Shown: positions 45,684-55,344, counted from the stretch's first letter. The stretch: DNA of 64,000 nucleotides from a virus (IMGVR_UViG_3300037483_000453:64001-128000), one strand, 5' to 3'. The notes: a model not told the origin generated them from the letters alone. A program made the numbers and translations.

Positions 45684-46034
45684 ATGAAGTGCACAAACGT
45701 AGGTTGTGATACACAGGTGCAGCAGGATGACATGCGATTGGTGGTCAAAGCGATGCTCTGCCTTGGGTGCGCCAAAAGAGTGTTGGCATTTAGAGACCGG
45801 GTTCGCAGCGAGCTAGAGGTGACTCTTGCTACACTTGATGACACACTCAGGTACATCCTGACATCAGACATGCAGTTCCCATCTGACGCCGGTGCAACTC
45901 CGCTCGAGTTCATCGCTAAGGCACAAAGATGCCGCAGTACCCCCAAGACGACAACCTCTTCAAAGAACACGAGGCCAGGTGCACCCACTGTGGTTGGGAG
46001 CGTAGGTTCACCCAAGCCATCAGTGCCGGCTTGA
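45684..46034 (+). CDS. Cys4 zinc-binding hypothetical protein
   Basis: GGAG RBS; CTNVGC...CLGC. Confidence 0.45.
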   Translation: MKCTNVGCDTQVQQDDMRLVVKAMLCLGCAKRVLAFRDRVRSELEVTLATLDDTLRYILTSDMQFPSDAGATPLEFIAKAQRCRSTPKTTTSSKNTRPGAPTVVGSVGSPKPSVPA

Positions 46035-46183
46035 GGGTGGGAGATCTACTGGGCTCGGTTGCAGAGGACCCTAACTTCAACAGGTGCAACCGATGCAAGA
46101 GACAAAAGATGCTCGTGACCAAGGTACCCGAGTACCTCACGGAGTCGAGGACCCAGGGTTTTTGGAAGGTACCCGAGAAGTAG
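45929..46183 (+). CDS. Zinc-ribbon protein
   Basis: CTHCGW...CNRCKR. Confidence 0.55.
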   Translation: MPQYPQDDNLFKEHEARCTHCGWERRFTQAISAGLRVGDLLGSVAEDPNFNRCNRCKRQKMLVTKVPEYLTESRTQGFWKVPEK

Positions 46184-46551
46184 GCCCTCGCCATCCAATT
46201 AAGAATCAGGGGATTGTGGTGGCTTATCTGTATGAGCTGGGTCGCCAAGTTGGCAGCGTTGCTACGACAGACAGCAAGTGTCTCCATATCTCCGCACCAA
46301 CTGGGCTCATGGTGCAAGTCTACGCAGCGCGCTGGATGTGCTGGTCCCATGCAGGAGCTATGCGGCTCCTGCATGGTGTGCATCCGAGGGATATCCTGGG
46401 CCCGGAATGGCTGCTCATCAGGGGCTCGCATAGGGTAACTGGGCATCCCAGTCCCGGTGTGGATGCGCCTGTTCTGGCAAAAGTGTTACAGAACCCCTCT
46501 GACCTCCCACCCGAGGAAGTTTTCAAAGTGGTCTGGCAGGCTATTGCCTGA
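46084..46551 (+). CDS. Hypothetical protein (true start probably downstream)
   Basis: 155-aa ORF filling the gap. Confidence 0.4.
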   Translation: MQPMQETKDARDQGTRVPHGVEDPGFLEGTREVGPRHPIKNQGIVVAYLYELGRQVGSVATTDSKCLHISAPTGLMVQVYAARWMCWSHAGAMRLLHGVHPRDILGPEWLLIRGSHRVTGHPSPGVDAPVLAKVLQNPSDLPPEEVFKVVWQAIA

Positions 46552-46651
46552 CCAGGCTACTTGACCCCTCTTGCTTCTAGCATCAGGTTGGGTGTACAAC
46601 GTGTGTACAGCTGGCTAAGAGGGACACACGTCTAGAGTTCCTAGGAGGGCT

Positions 46652-47869
46652 ATGTCCGATAATGAGAAGCGAGAGGTGCGCCTGCCACCTTATGTGCACC
46701 CCGATGCTACACAAGGGGCTGTAGACCAGGCTGCGGTGTTCCGGGCTACCCGGAACGCGAAGAGGGCTGCCAACCCCCTTCCCAAGACAACGGCACCGGT
46801 GGCCGGTGGCCCGGGTCCCCAGATACCCCATCTTGCTGGTGGGCCCCAGGGAGCTGGAACCATGGCTCAGCAGGCGGCAGCTGAGCGTACGCCACATCAA
46901 CAGTATGGGGTGCCACAGCAGCCACAGGGCTTTGTGGAGCCGCCTACGCCTGGCTCTATGGGCATGGGGTCTAACCAAGCCCCTCCTAGCCCCGCACAGC
47001 TAGGTATTTTGCCCATGGATGAGCTGCCCAAGGAGGCACAGCAAGATCTCAACTTCATTCAGGGCCAAGGCAGCATGTTTGCTGCTAACCAGCCTCAGCT
47101 GGCTTTGAAGTATGGGATTATCCGGCGAGGCAAACATATTCCTCCACAGCAGCTGTTGGAGGGCTCTCCGACAGCTACAGGGCAGCGTAGGTTGAGCGAA
47201 AAGACTGTGCATGACCTGGAGGAACTTGCCGCGCTGCAGAAACGGCAAGAGAGATCGGTAGCTCCACAAGAGACCGTACCATCTGAAATGGGTGTCGCAG
47301 CCGGCAACGTCGGTGTCCCAGCCTTGACTGATGAGGATAAAAGGGACATCGAGAAGACCGTCCAGAATCTCGATGAGTTCGACTTTGATCGTTGGCGCCA
47401 GTCAATGATGAAGGACCTCCTCAACAACGAGAGTCAGAAGAAGATCGTTGAGTCACGCTTGTCTGCACTGGATATTGGTGACTTGGTCACCCAGGGCTAT
47501 CTCATCCAGCGCGTAGACATCATTCCTGGGAAGTTCTGGGTTCATTTCAAAATGCTGGATGGCGAAACTGACCTGGCACTCAAGCGCTTGATCATGGAGG
47601 ACTCGCAGAGTATCGAGGTAAGCGATCGATATTTCCTCGACAAGTTTGGTTTGATGTCCATCGCCGCTGTCCTCCACAAGGTCAATGACAAACCTTATGA
47701 AGACTTCATGGATGGCAACGGTGACTTCGATGACGAAAAGTTCAAAAGAAAGTTTCGTCGGGTGTTGAAGCTTCCTATGCCAATGTTGGCTAGCCTAGGT
47801 GCTAATGCACTTTGGTTTGATATTCGGGTACGAAAGCTCTTCGTAGCGGAGAGCTTGGGAAATGGCTAA
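46652..47869 (+). CDS. Tail assembly chaperone (gpG-like) with long P/Q/G-rich N-terminus
   Basis: AGGAGG RBS; helical C-domain ending at a G GGA AAT slippery heptamer just before the stop. Confidence 0.65.
   Translation: MSDNEKREVRLPPYVHPDATQGAVDQAAVFRATRNAKRAANPLPKTTAPVAGGPGPQIPHLAGGPQGAGTMAQQAAAERTPHQQYGVPQQPQGFVEPPTPGSMGMGSNQAPPSPAQLGILPMDELPKEAQQDLNFIQGQGSMFAANQPQLALKYGIIRRGKHIPPQQLLEGSPTATGQRRLSEKTVHDLEELAALQKRQERSVAPQETVPSEMGVAAGNVGVPALTDEDKRDIEKTVQNLDEFDFDRWRQSMMKDLLNNESQKKIVESRLSALDIGDLVTQGYLIQRVDIIPGKFWVHFKMLDGETDLALKRLIMEDSQSIEVSDRYFLDKFGLMSIAAVLHKVNDKPYEDFMDGNGDFDDEKFKRKFRRVLKLPMPMLASLGANALWFDIRVRKLFVAESLGNG
47857..47863 (+). other. -1 programmed ribosomal frameshift heptamer G GGA AAT
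   Basis: In-frame X XXY YYZ (ttG GGA AAT ggc taa). The -1 frame is open from 47857 into ORF 47920..48285 with no stop. Confidence 0.75.
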
Positions 47870-48285
47870 GGACTTCCGAAGGATGGGCTCGAGCGAATCT
47901 GCTGCTCAGAACCCTGCGTGTGCCGCCCTTGAAGGGCAGCCTTCGGGAGTCCGCCCTAATCCTGCTTCTAATGAGGCTGGAGAACATCGAACACGCGAAG
48001 TTCAGGGCACAGGCACAGATTCATTTGGATCCCGAGAAGGGTGTAGAGGTTTTCGAGGAGTACATGAAGGTAGCCTTTCCATACCTGGAGTCGGCCAAGA
48101 AGCAGGAGAAGGCAGACCACATCAAGGCACTTGAAGCGTGGACGAAGCAAGGGCCCATGGTGGTTACACCAATGCTTTCGCCCAAGCTACAAAGTAGGAT
48201 GAAGCACAGAATCATCGACAGAGATGTGAAGCCAAATCCTGAGAGGGCAGATCGACTCTACAAGAAGATGGGCAGCACAATATGA
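47857..48285 (+). CDS. Frameshift extension (gpT-like) of the tail assembly chaperone
   Basis: -1 frame reads GKWLRTSEGWARANLLLRTLRVPPLKGSLRES...; no clear RBS at the GTG 47920. Confidence 0.65.
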   Translation, partial: GKWLRTSEGWARANLLLRTLRVPPLKGSLRESALILLLMRLENIEHAKFRAQAQIHLDPEKGVEVFEEYMKVAFPYLESAKKQEKADHIKALEAWTKQGPMVVTPMLSPKLQSRMKHRIIDRDVKPNPERADRLYKKMGSTI

Positions 48286-48695
48286 ACGACAGTATCTACA
48301 CAGGGCAGGAGACAGAGGCGGCGGTATACCTTTGTCCTGAGTGTGGCAGCCCGGCCATTATTGAGGCCGCGGGGGTTGCCTTACTTATTTTGAGCAAGGA
48401 AGGGGTGTACTGCCGGGCTTGTGGTTGGGGGGGTGAGAGAGCCGATTTGCTTACTCAAAAGTTCAAGCATGAGATGGGCAGTGATGAGAAACTCGTACAA
48501 ACCATGGTGGAGGACCTGCGTAATGTGCTGGCCGGCAACTTCGCTAAATCGTTTGGAGGTTTCCTTATGAAGTGGGGCTTCATAGGTTCAAACGTCACGC
48601 CCAAAGAGCTCAGTCAGTACGTAGTTGCGATCGCACAAGCTACCATGCAGGCAATCCTGGATACACGTAGGAAGATCGTACAGGAGAGACAATGA
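48282..48695 (+). CDS. Zinc-ribbon protein
   Basis: CPECG...CRACGW; ATGA overlap. Confidence 0.6.
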   Translation: MNDSIYTGQETEAAVYLCPECGSPAIIEAAGVALLILSKEGVYCRACGWGGERADLLTQKFKHEMGSDEKLVQTMVEDLRNVLAGNFAKSFGGFLMKWGFIGSNVTPKELSQYVVAIAQATMQAILDTRRKIVQERQ

Positions 48696-49000
48696 GCGAA
48701 CTAGACGATGAGGTCCCTCATATTGAGGTGCCAGATGAGCTGGATGATGACCATGAACGTAACGGTTTGGTCTGCTTTATGAACATGGACAGGCAGTGTG
48801 GTGCAGACTGCATGGCGTACACAACGCACCCGTCCGAGTCGAAGTATCTGAACGATCAGCAGGGCCACTGTGTAGCCATCGTAGGTGTCGAGCGCCTCGG
48901 TCGCTATGTTGGCGGGGTCTTGTCATTGCTCAGCAAAAAGAATGCTGACGATGCCAGGTCCCGCGTACAGCCTCCACCCAGCCCTACGGGGGGTGCATGA
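48692..49000 (+). CDS. Cys-containing hypothetical protein
   Basis: CF...CGADCMAY...HC. Confidence 0.55.
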   Translation: MSELDDEVPHIEVPDELDDDHERNGLVCFMNMDRQCGADCMAYTTHPSESKYLNDQQGHCVAIVGVERLGRYVGGVLSLLSKKNADDARSRVQPPPSPTGGA

Positions 49001-49593
49001 TGTATGTTGAGGTTGAGTCTATCGATCAGAAGATGCTGCTCGAGACTGGAGCCCTTACAACATTCCTCACACTGAAGCTGCCAGATGGTAGCCGTGTGAG
49101 CACTCAGATCGAATCTGAGGTAGCCCAGGCACTTATCAACATCGCAGCTCAAAAGGAGTACAAGGATACGCCCCGAGAGGAGCCCTCACTGAATCTGAAT
49201 GATCTTGACATGGATGACAGCGTGTCAGAGATCTTTAGTGCATCTGAGGCCACACCCGAGCCTGATGATAATGTCTCCTGGGCCGACCTACCTGAGGAGC
49301 ACCTGTCTACAAGGATGAAGGGCATCCTGACAAACATGGGCACGGCCCCCGTTCTACCTATGTCGTCTCTTGTGACACTGGTAGACCAGCTGACTGAGGA
49401 TATGCTTAATGCCAAGGCTGCCCAACAGGCTCAGGTGGGCGTTGTCCAACGTCCCAGTCAGCTACGTGTGACTAGAGCCAAGACAGTTCCTAAGGACGCC
49501 TATGGCTACCCGGTTGTGCCTGGGTCTAACGACAGAGACCCGGGTGAGGTGGCTCAGGCGGATACTGATGAGGATGGGGTACCTCAGTTGTGA
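48997..49593 (+). CDS. Hypothetical acidic protein
   Basis: 198 aa, coupled overlap. Confidence 0.55.
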   Translation: MMYVEVESIDQKMLLETGALTTFLTLKLPDGSRVSTQIESEVAQALINIAAQKEYKDTPREEPSLNLNDLDMDDSVSEIFSASEATPEPDDNVSWADLPEEHLSTRMKGILTNMGTAPVLPMSSLVTLVDQLTEDMLNAKAAQQAQVGVVQRPSQLRVTRAKTVPKDAYGYPVVPGSNDRDPGEVAQADTDEDGVPQL

Positions 49594-50063
49594 TCATCAT
49601 CGCTTGCCAAGACTGTGCAACTGCTGTGCGTGTGACGGGGGAGCATGAGGAGCTCAACCACCTCTTGGGTGAAATGAACACTGAGTGGTACCCCAATAAA
49701 TACCCGTGCCCCACCTCAGGGTGCAAAGGCAAAGCAGAGTTTGTGGAGGGTGTAGAGCCAGTGGCTCTGCGGGCTATGACCCTGTACGACTTGACGCCTC
49801 ACGAGGCCTTCGGGGCCTTCCATGGTCTAGGCTTCCCGGAAGAGCGTGACTGTGGTCGTACTGCCGTAGAGAAGGCTTTGCTGGAAAACCGTGTGGTAGG
49901 CGTTGGCTGCGCCCTTGTACGCGGGGCCAACCGCTCCGTGGTTTATCACCTTAAGCTGGACAATGGGATGACTGTTTACTTTGGCTCAAGTCCCTTTGGT
50001 GCTGTCGTGTACCGCATTGGCAAAACAGAGTCTGCTGTGGATAGGATTGATGATGCCCGGTAG
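49590..50063 (+). CDS. Zinc-binding hypothetical protein
   Basis: CQDC...CPTSGC. Confidence 0.55.
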   Translation: MIIIACQDCATAVRVTGEHEELNHLLGEMNTEWYPNKYPCPTSGCKGKAEFVEGVEPVALRAMTLYDLTPHEAFGAFHGLGFPEERDCGRTAVEKALLENRVVGVGCALVRGANRSVVYHLKLDNGMTVYFGSSPFGAVVYRIGKTESAVDRIDDAR

Positions 50064-50754
50064 TCCTACCATCAAGCTTGCGTACGCTTTAGCAGGCGAT
50101 CTGTACTATGGGTCATTTTCCTTCTGTATTGATGGCGAAGACACAAAGGTGGAGTTTGACCAGCACACCTTTCCCAGGATGATGTCCCGTTTAGCCCAAC
50201 ACCTACGAGAACAAAGTGAAGTCACAGGGGTTGTTCTCACCCGCTTGGAGTTAGGTCAATCTGAGTACACATTAGACTTGGATACGGTAGAGCTGCTGCG
50301 CAAAGATCCTGCGGCAGCCATCAGCTCTATGATGCACGAAAGCCGAACGGTACACATTGGAAGGCATAGAAGTGCGTCTAGCCCTCCTAACCTTCTTCGT
50401 GCAGGCCACGACACTGTGGCAGCTGCTTTTGGTGATGAGGTTTACCTAGCCATAGATAACCAGGGCAGGCATGAGTGCCCCGGTTGTGGTCGCTGGAGTC
50501 CCCGCAGAACACACGGGACGGTCTGCTGCGACAAGCTAGAGTGTCAGCTAGCGCTTTCGGGTGTGACACATGGTGGGCGTTGGTTTTCAGCTGCAACGCA
50601 GCAGCTGTTAGATGCCCACAGGCCCCGGTATTACCTGCCACGGGCTTGGAACCCCAGTGGTGGCTGGATTAGTTACGAGGACCTAAATGTGTTGTTTAGG
50701 GACTACAGCAAGGAGAGAGATACATGCAACCAGGTGAACGACCACACGGGGTAA
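50050..50754 (+). CDS. Hypothetical protein with C-terminal Cys module
   Basis: CPGCG...CCDKLEC. Confidence 0.55.
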   Translation: MMPGSPTIKLAYALAGDLYYGSFSFCIDGEDTKVEFDQHTFPRMMSRLAQHLREQSEVTGVVLTRLELGQSEYTLDLDTVELLRKDPAAAISSMMHESRTVHIGRHRSASSPPNLLRAGHDTVAAAFGDEVYLAIDNQGRHECPGCGRWSPRRTHGTVCCDKLECQLALSGVTHGGRWFSAATQQLLDAHRPRYYLPRAWNPSGGWISYEDLNVLFRDYSKERDTCNQVNDHTG

Positions 50755-51080
50755 CGCTTCCTCAGCAACAGAGGCAGAGTGGTGAGACCGGCACACCCAA
50801 TACGATTCAGCACGTTGTGCCGATGCATCCGTATGCGGTGCAGTACTATGATGAGAACGGTCGTGAGTGCAACACCATCGTCTACAAGATGGGCGATACG
50901 GTGTACTTCGACCGTAACGCAGAGCGCTGGGCAGCTGGCCTTGCTCGAGCGGCGGCCTACATCAAGGACGCAGTGAATGCTGAGCACGCAGCCTTCTTGG
51001 CGCCTACCACTCCAGGTGATGATGGTGTTGATATCCTCGCTCAGGAGGAAGCCGATGCGCAGGATCCAACGACTCCGTAG
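50724..51080 (+). CDS. Hypothetical protein
   Basis: 118 aa with GGAGAG RBS. Confidence 0.5.
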   Translation: MQPGERPHGVTLPQQQRQSGETGTPNTIQHVVPMHPYAVQYYDENGRECNTIVYKMGDTVYFDRNAERWAAGLARAAAYIKDAVNAEHAAFLAPTTPGDDGVDILAQEEADAQDPTTP

Positions 51081-51402
51081 CGACTACATGCTGGTCGAGC
51101 TCGATGCCATCCCTGAGAGAACAGCAGGTGGGATCATTCGAGTTGGTTCACTGGACCGGGGCAAAGAGCCAATCCGTACTGGCGTGGTTCTTATGGCGGG
51201 CCCTGGTCGACGCTACACCGACAAGTTCGTGCCTATGCCTAACGACGTCATCGGTATGCGTGTGGCATTCATGATCGCTGCGGCACAGACAAAGGGTGGG
51301 AGGGTCCTTCGAGATACCCTTGCGCTTGATAACGACCATGAAATCATTCGTTTGGGTGATGTCCTTTTTGACGTCGATGAGGATGTTGAGGTGTCAAGGT
51401 GA
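51055..51402 (+). CDS. groES: Co-chaperonin GroES (Cpn10)
   Basis: RLRSDYMLVE...ERTAGGIIRVG...TGVVLMAGPG...HEIIRLGDVL matches the Cpn10 pattern; AGGAGG RBS before ATG 51055. Confidence 0.85.
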   Translation: MRRIQRLRSDYMLVELDAIPERTAGGIIRVGSLDRGKEPIRTGVVLMAGPGRRYTDKFVPMPNDVIGMRVAFMIAAAQTKGGRVLRDTLALDNDHEIIRLGDVLFDVDEDVEVSR

Positions 51403-51659
51403 GGTTGATCACAGTAAATAGCGGCACGGTGGAACTGAACTACATGTGGCTTCCTACGTTCATCGGGCAGAATGCCACGTTCAAGAAAAAGCTTGAAGAG
51501 GACTTGCGTGACAAGATTGAGGGGCGTGAGGTCACCCCAGCTAACTTAGATGACATCAACAGTCTGGTACTCAGCTACATCTGTGAAACTTTCAAGTTTA
51601 CGGGGCTCAACGACTACCTGGATGGGTTGAAGTTTGTACTGGAAGGGACCAATGGCTAG
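51399..51659 (+). CDS. Hypothetical protein
   Basis: 86 aa, GTGA overlap. Confidence 0.55.
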   Translation: MRLITVNSGTVELNYMWLPTFIGQNATFKKKLEEDLRDKIEGREVTPANLDDINSLVLSYICETFKFTGLNDYLDGLKFVLEGTNG

Positions 51660-51822
51660 TCGAGATGCACGCGTGTCGATCAGGGTGCCTGACACGCTCA
51701 AGCAGTGGGCAGTGGGTTATGCCAAGGAGCACAACACCACTGTCACTGCCTTGGTTACAAGGTTTCTCACACGGCTGCACCAAGAGGACGCCAAGCGCCA
51801 AGCTGACGCGGAGCAAGTCTAG
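51652..51822 (+). CDS. Ribbon-helix-helix (CopG/Arc-like) DNA-binding protein
   Basis: RVSIRVPDTLKQWAVGYAKEHNTTVTALVTRFL. Confidence 0.75.
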   Translation: MASRDARVSIRVPDTLKQWAVGYAKEHNTTVTALVTRFLTRLHQEDAKRQADAEQV

Positions 51823-52394
51823 TGTCAGAGCTGCATCTAGTCACCCATTCCATCGATGTGCCCAAGAACACTGGTATCGAAGGGTTCATGCTCACTATAC
51901 GCGAGCTTCTCAAGCTTGCTAGGCTGCAGTCCATCAGCATTGATGCCAAGGGCAAGGTTACCTACAAGAGGTATGTGGAGGAGGGTGAGAAGCAGAAAAT
52001 CGGTGTGGACTATGAAGGCGTTGAGCCATGGCACATCACACGTAATGCCCCCGATGGTGTGGAGGAGTTGATGCTCAACACTCCTAACGCCGCTGTTACC
52101 CTAGCTGGGGTTCTGGACCGGTCGTCCCAGGAGAAGCTGCACCCAACGGCATTTGTGGTTAGCCCCAATACCACCCTGTGGTGGTGGTACCAGCACACAA
52201 CTGGTTTTTCCCTGGGCTCTCATAAGCACCTGTGTGGCCTACCTATCTACTTTGATAGGCACATCCCAGACACGGCACTCATCTTGTGCTCATCGTTTGT
52301 GAGAGACGGGGCCCTTGTAGATACACAAAAGGCGTTCAAGATAGAGATGGGTTACTCCGTGGCACCAGCAATAGATATGGAGATACAAGTATGA
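51822..52394 (+). CDS. Hypothetical protein
   Basis: 190 aa. Confidence 0.55.
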   Translation: MSELHLVTHSIDVPKNTGIEGFMLTIRELLKLARLQSISIDAKGKVTYKRYVEEGEKQKIGVDYEGVEPWHITRNAPDGVEELMLNTPNAAVTLAGVLDRSSQEKLHPTAFVVSPNTTLWWWYQHTTGFSLGSHKHLCGLPIYFDRHIPDTALILCSSFVRDGALVDTQKAFKIEMGYSVAPAIDMEIQV

Positions 52395-52885
52395 CTAAGC
52401 CAGTAACCAAGGCAGTTGTGAGTGCGGGAATCGTGGATGGTGATGCTCTGGCCCAGATCCAACGATGGATTCAGCCGGGCTTAACCATGGATAACTGGGT
52501 CGAAGATGGGGAGGCTGTCGTGTCAGCTGCAGCCGTGGCACAAAAGATCATGGAAGCGGTGGAGTCTGAGGAGGCTATAGAGATTCGGTCTACTGACCTG
52601 GACATCATCTCGCAGTACCTGGCATCTAGGAGGAGAGCCAAACTGCATGTGCCTAATCCTGATAATCCTGAGAAGACTGTGGGCATCCCGGTTGAGTACT
52701 GTAAGACCCGCTTGGGTGAGATTGTGATCCCATGGACCTCAGAATCTATCAACGATACTATTCTTGACGATCGCACGTACCTCAAGCCCGTAGGTGAAGA
52801 TCGGATCTACTTTGCAGATGTACGTGAGTTGTTTCATGGAGGGCACAAGGCATTCATGGTCTGCGAGCCGGCGAAGGGGAAGTAA
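52391..52885 (+). CDS. Hypothetical protein
   Basis: ATG 52391 overlaps the previous stop, GGAG RBS. Confidence 0.55.
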   Translation: MTKPVTKAVVSAGIVDGDALAQIQRWIQPGLTMDNWVEDGEAVVSAAAVAQKIMEAVESEEAIEIRSTDLDIISQYLASRRRAKLHVPNPDNPEKTVGIPVEYCKTRLGEIVIPWTSESINDTILDDRTYLKPVGEDRIYFADVRELFHGGHKAFMVCEPAKGK

Positions 52886-52887
52886 GC

Positions 52888-53325
52888 GTGACTCACGATA
52901 CACTGAAAAGGGTGCTCGCATCCAAAGCCGGTTTCGAGCCCATCGAGGAACAGGTAGGTGACAACCGTATTCGATATTTTGGCCGGGTGCGCCCGCACAA
53001 CATGGGTACTTGGTTGGAGACTATGCGAAGTTTGCTAGTTGCCTCTGGCCAGTCCCAGTGGACAGCAGACTTGTCAAAGCAGTACTTCCTGCGGGGAGAT
53101 AAAGTTTTCTTCGGGTGGCGTATTATCATCCAAGGTCCTGACGTAGCCCAGCACCTGGCCCACATCGTGCAAGTGGTCAACGCAGCCAAGATTGTGGAGC
53201 ACCAGCTCGATGAGGTATCCCTGCATGCGCCTCCTAACCGTAATGCTTTGCATAACGGTAAAGGTGCTCAGGGCATGCTCAATGCAGTGGTTGGTCCAAG
53301 GGCCAAAGCGCAAATGGGGCTGTAA
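52888..53325 (+). CDS. Hypothetical protein
   Basis: 145 aa. Confidence 0.55.
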   Translation: MTHDTLKRVLASKAGFEPIEEQVGDNRIRYFGRVRPHNMGTWLETMRSLLVASGQSQWTADLSKQYFLRGDKVFFGWRIIIQGPDVAQHLAHIVQVVNAAKIVEHQLDEVSLHAPPNRNALHNGKGAQGMLNAVVGPRAKAQMGL

Positions 53326-53981
53326 TGGCCACTGTAACCCCACTGGCTGATCCATTAGGACTTGCACCATCCAATCCTTTTATGGATGCGGAGGAGAAAG
53401 AGGTCCTTGAGAAGCGGAAGTCTGCGCTCGACAAGTTGCTCGAGGAGCAGAACATTGCGAAGTACAAGATCGAGATCTTGTTCGCCAAAAACTACTCCCC
53501 TAGCAAACCATCAGCTGGCATTATGTCGTTCTGGGAGAGTGGTACCAAACTTCATGGAGGGGGGGATACCATCCTTCACATGTGCCCAGGCAAGGACCTA
53601 GGGAAGAACAACTGTGATGCCTTCATACCTGACGCTTCCCACGGTTACGAGTTCCTGGTCTGCCCGGTATGTCATGTAGTCTGGGAAGGGGCACAGGTTT
53701 CTGGTCAGATAGCCTATAGGCTCACAGCCCAGGATTGGGCTAAGGTTGTGCTAAAGTACTATCAGAAGTTGGAGATGAGAGCGGACATCTACATGAAGTA
53801 CCACCCACAAGATATCCGTACTGCTGCCGCGCTAGAGCAATCGAAGCAGCATATGGGTGATATGCTCCTTGGTGCTCGCCGCAGTCGTCGTCCACGCATA
53901 TATCCTCTGTCCAATATCCTCAAAGACACAAGCGCAGGGGCCGACCTTGAAGCTCGCTTCCTTGCATTCCTGAGGGCATGA
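53325..53981 (+). CDS. Hypothetical protein with Cys4 zinc module
   Basis: CPGKDLGKNNC...CPVCH. Confidence 0.6.
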   Translation: MATVTPLADPLGLAPSNPFMDAEEKEVLEKRKSALDKLLEEQNIAKYKIEILFAKNYSPSKPSAGIMSFWESGTKLHGGGDTILHMCPGKDLGKNNCDAFIPDASHGYEFLVCPVCHVVWEGAQVSGQIAYRLTAQDWAKVVLKYYQKLEMRADIYMKYHPQDIRTAAALEQSKQHMGDMLLGARRSRRPRIYPLSNILKDTSAGADLEARFLAFLRA

Positions 53982-54301
53982 TGAGCTCAGTGAGAACAAA
54001 CCCTGCATACGCATCTTTGGCCTACCGCAGAACCATCATCCACCAGGCCATCACGTACCTGAAGCGTGAGTTTGTGGGGGTAGACGAGGACCCTAAGCAG
54101 AGAATGGTCTGCGAGGAGGTTCTTGCAGTTGATGCAGAAGTGCCCATCGAGGAGGTAGCCAGCTACCTACAGGAGCTCGAGCGGGAAAAACACGAACTAA
54201 CACTGGAACTCGGTAAGTTCGAGTTCACTAGGCGGAATCAGAATGATGACCAAAAGCAGCCAAAAGCGAAGAGTCAAGCGCGGCATAAAAACCGCAAGTA
54301 A
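53978..54301 (+). CDS. Hypothetical protein
   Basis: 107 aa. Confidence 0.5.
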   Translation: MMSSVRTNPAYASLAYRRTIIHQAITYLKREFVGVDEDPKQRMVCEEVLAVDAEVPIEEVASYLQELEREKHELTLELGKFEFTRRNQNDDQKQPKAKSQARHKNRK

Positions 54302-54749
54302 AAAGACCGCTCAAGCCATTGCCAAGAATAACGGTTTGGATATCTCCATGGAGGTTTCGGCCGATCCACTGGTGCAGGGAGCTAAAATTTCAGCTCTTGA
54401 GAAGGCTCTGGAGCGTGTCGTTCACATGTCACAGGTTAACCAGGCCGAGCTCATCAGAGCTTTCCAACTCACCGATGCCCATCTCTGGGTACTTCGTCAA
54501 CTTTGCAAAGACATCGTCACTGACACCGTTATGCTTGTGGACTCGGAAACCCCTGCGGTGAACATGGATGCCTACTACAGCCTTTTCAACGCGAAGCAGC
54601 GGCAGGAGGCTGAGGCCGAGGCCGCTGCGAAGGCGCTCAAAGATGCTGGTGTGACACCTTTGGAGTCTGATAGTCCGGAGGTCTTCGGGGGTACCCCTGC
54701 GGGTCACACCGCAGTACCAACGGAGGAGACCAATGGCGCGCATCCGTAA
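54243..54749 (+). CDS. Hypothetical protein
   Basis: 168 aa. Confidence 0.5.
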   Translation: MMTKSSQKRRVKRGIKTASKKTAQAIAKNNGLDISMEVSADPLVQGAKISALEKALERVVHMSQVNQAELIRAFQLTDAHLWVLRQLCKDIVTDTVMLVDSETPAVNMDAYYSLFNAKQRQEAEAEAAAKALKDAGVTPLESDSPEVFGGTPAGHTAVPTEETNGAHP

Positions 54750-54924
54750 AGGCACTCAGTCCCTGGGCAATGGCAAGGTCATGATCAAAACCAACTCAGC
54801 CAAGGGCGTTAGGAAGATCCGGTGTATGAGGTGTAAGAATCTCGTTGCGCCTTCCCAGGGTAACGACGGTAAGCCGGTCTATCGTTGCATCTGTGGTAGG
54901 TCGTTCCGCAGCACTACAATGTAG
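54733..54924 (+). CDS. Small basic zinc-ribbon protein
   Basis: CMRC...CICG; GGAGGAG RBS. Confidence 0.6.
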   Translation: MARIRKGTQSLGNGKVMIKTNSAKGVRKIRCMRCKNLVAPSQGNDGKPVYRCICGRSFRSTTM

Positions 54925-55306
54925 AGCGGTGCATCAACCAACTCTTCTTCAGCTGCCCTATGATCCTGAAGTGATGCCCGAGATACATCCGGACGGCCCG
55001 ACTGTTCGTCTTCTCCACGCACAGGATGGTGTCCAGCTTGGTGCTTCCGAGCACATCAAGCAGCATTCGGTTCCCCAGGCCTCTGCCTTGGTGAGATGGC
55101 CTCACTCCGAAACGGGTGATGTCCATGATTTCCCAGTCCCAGCGGGCCAGCAGGTAGCTTACGAGCTCGCCTTTTTCATAGATGACAATGCCACCACCGG
55201 CATCGACTTCTCGAGCTAGTGTGCGTTCATTGAAGCTATTGTTGGGGAATAGCTCCATGTCCAGTGCGGCAATGGCCTGGACGTCTGCACTGGTAACGCT
55301 TTGCAT
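54914..55306 (-). CDS. GNAT (RimI-like) acetyltransferase
   Basis: ITRFGVRPSHQGRGLG acetyl-CoA motif and LCVEKTNSRAVRMYLGHHF. Confidence 0.85.
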   Translation of the reverse strand: MQSVTSADVQAIAALDMELFPNNSFNERTLAREVDAGGGIVIYEKGELVSYLLARWDWEIMDITRFGVRPSHQGRGLGNRMLLDVLGSTKLDTILCVEKTNSRAVRMYLGHHFRIIGQLKKSWLMHRSTL

Positions 55307-55344
55307 GACTGGATAGTAACAAAAGATTGTGTTAGGAGGAGCCC

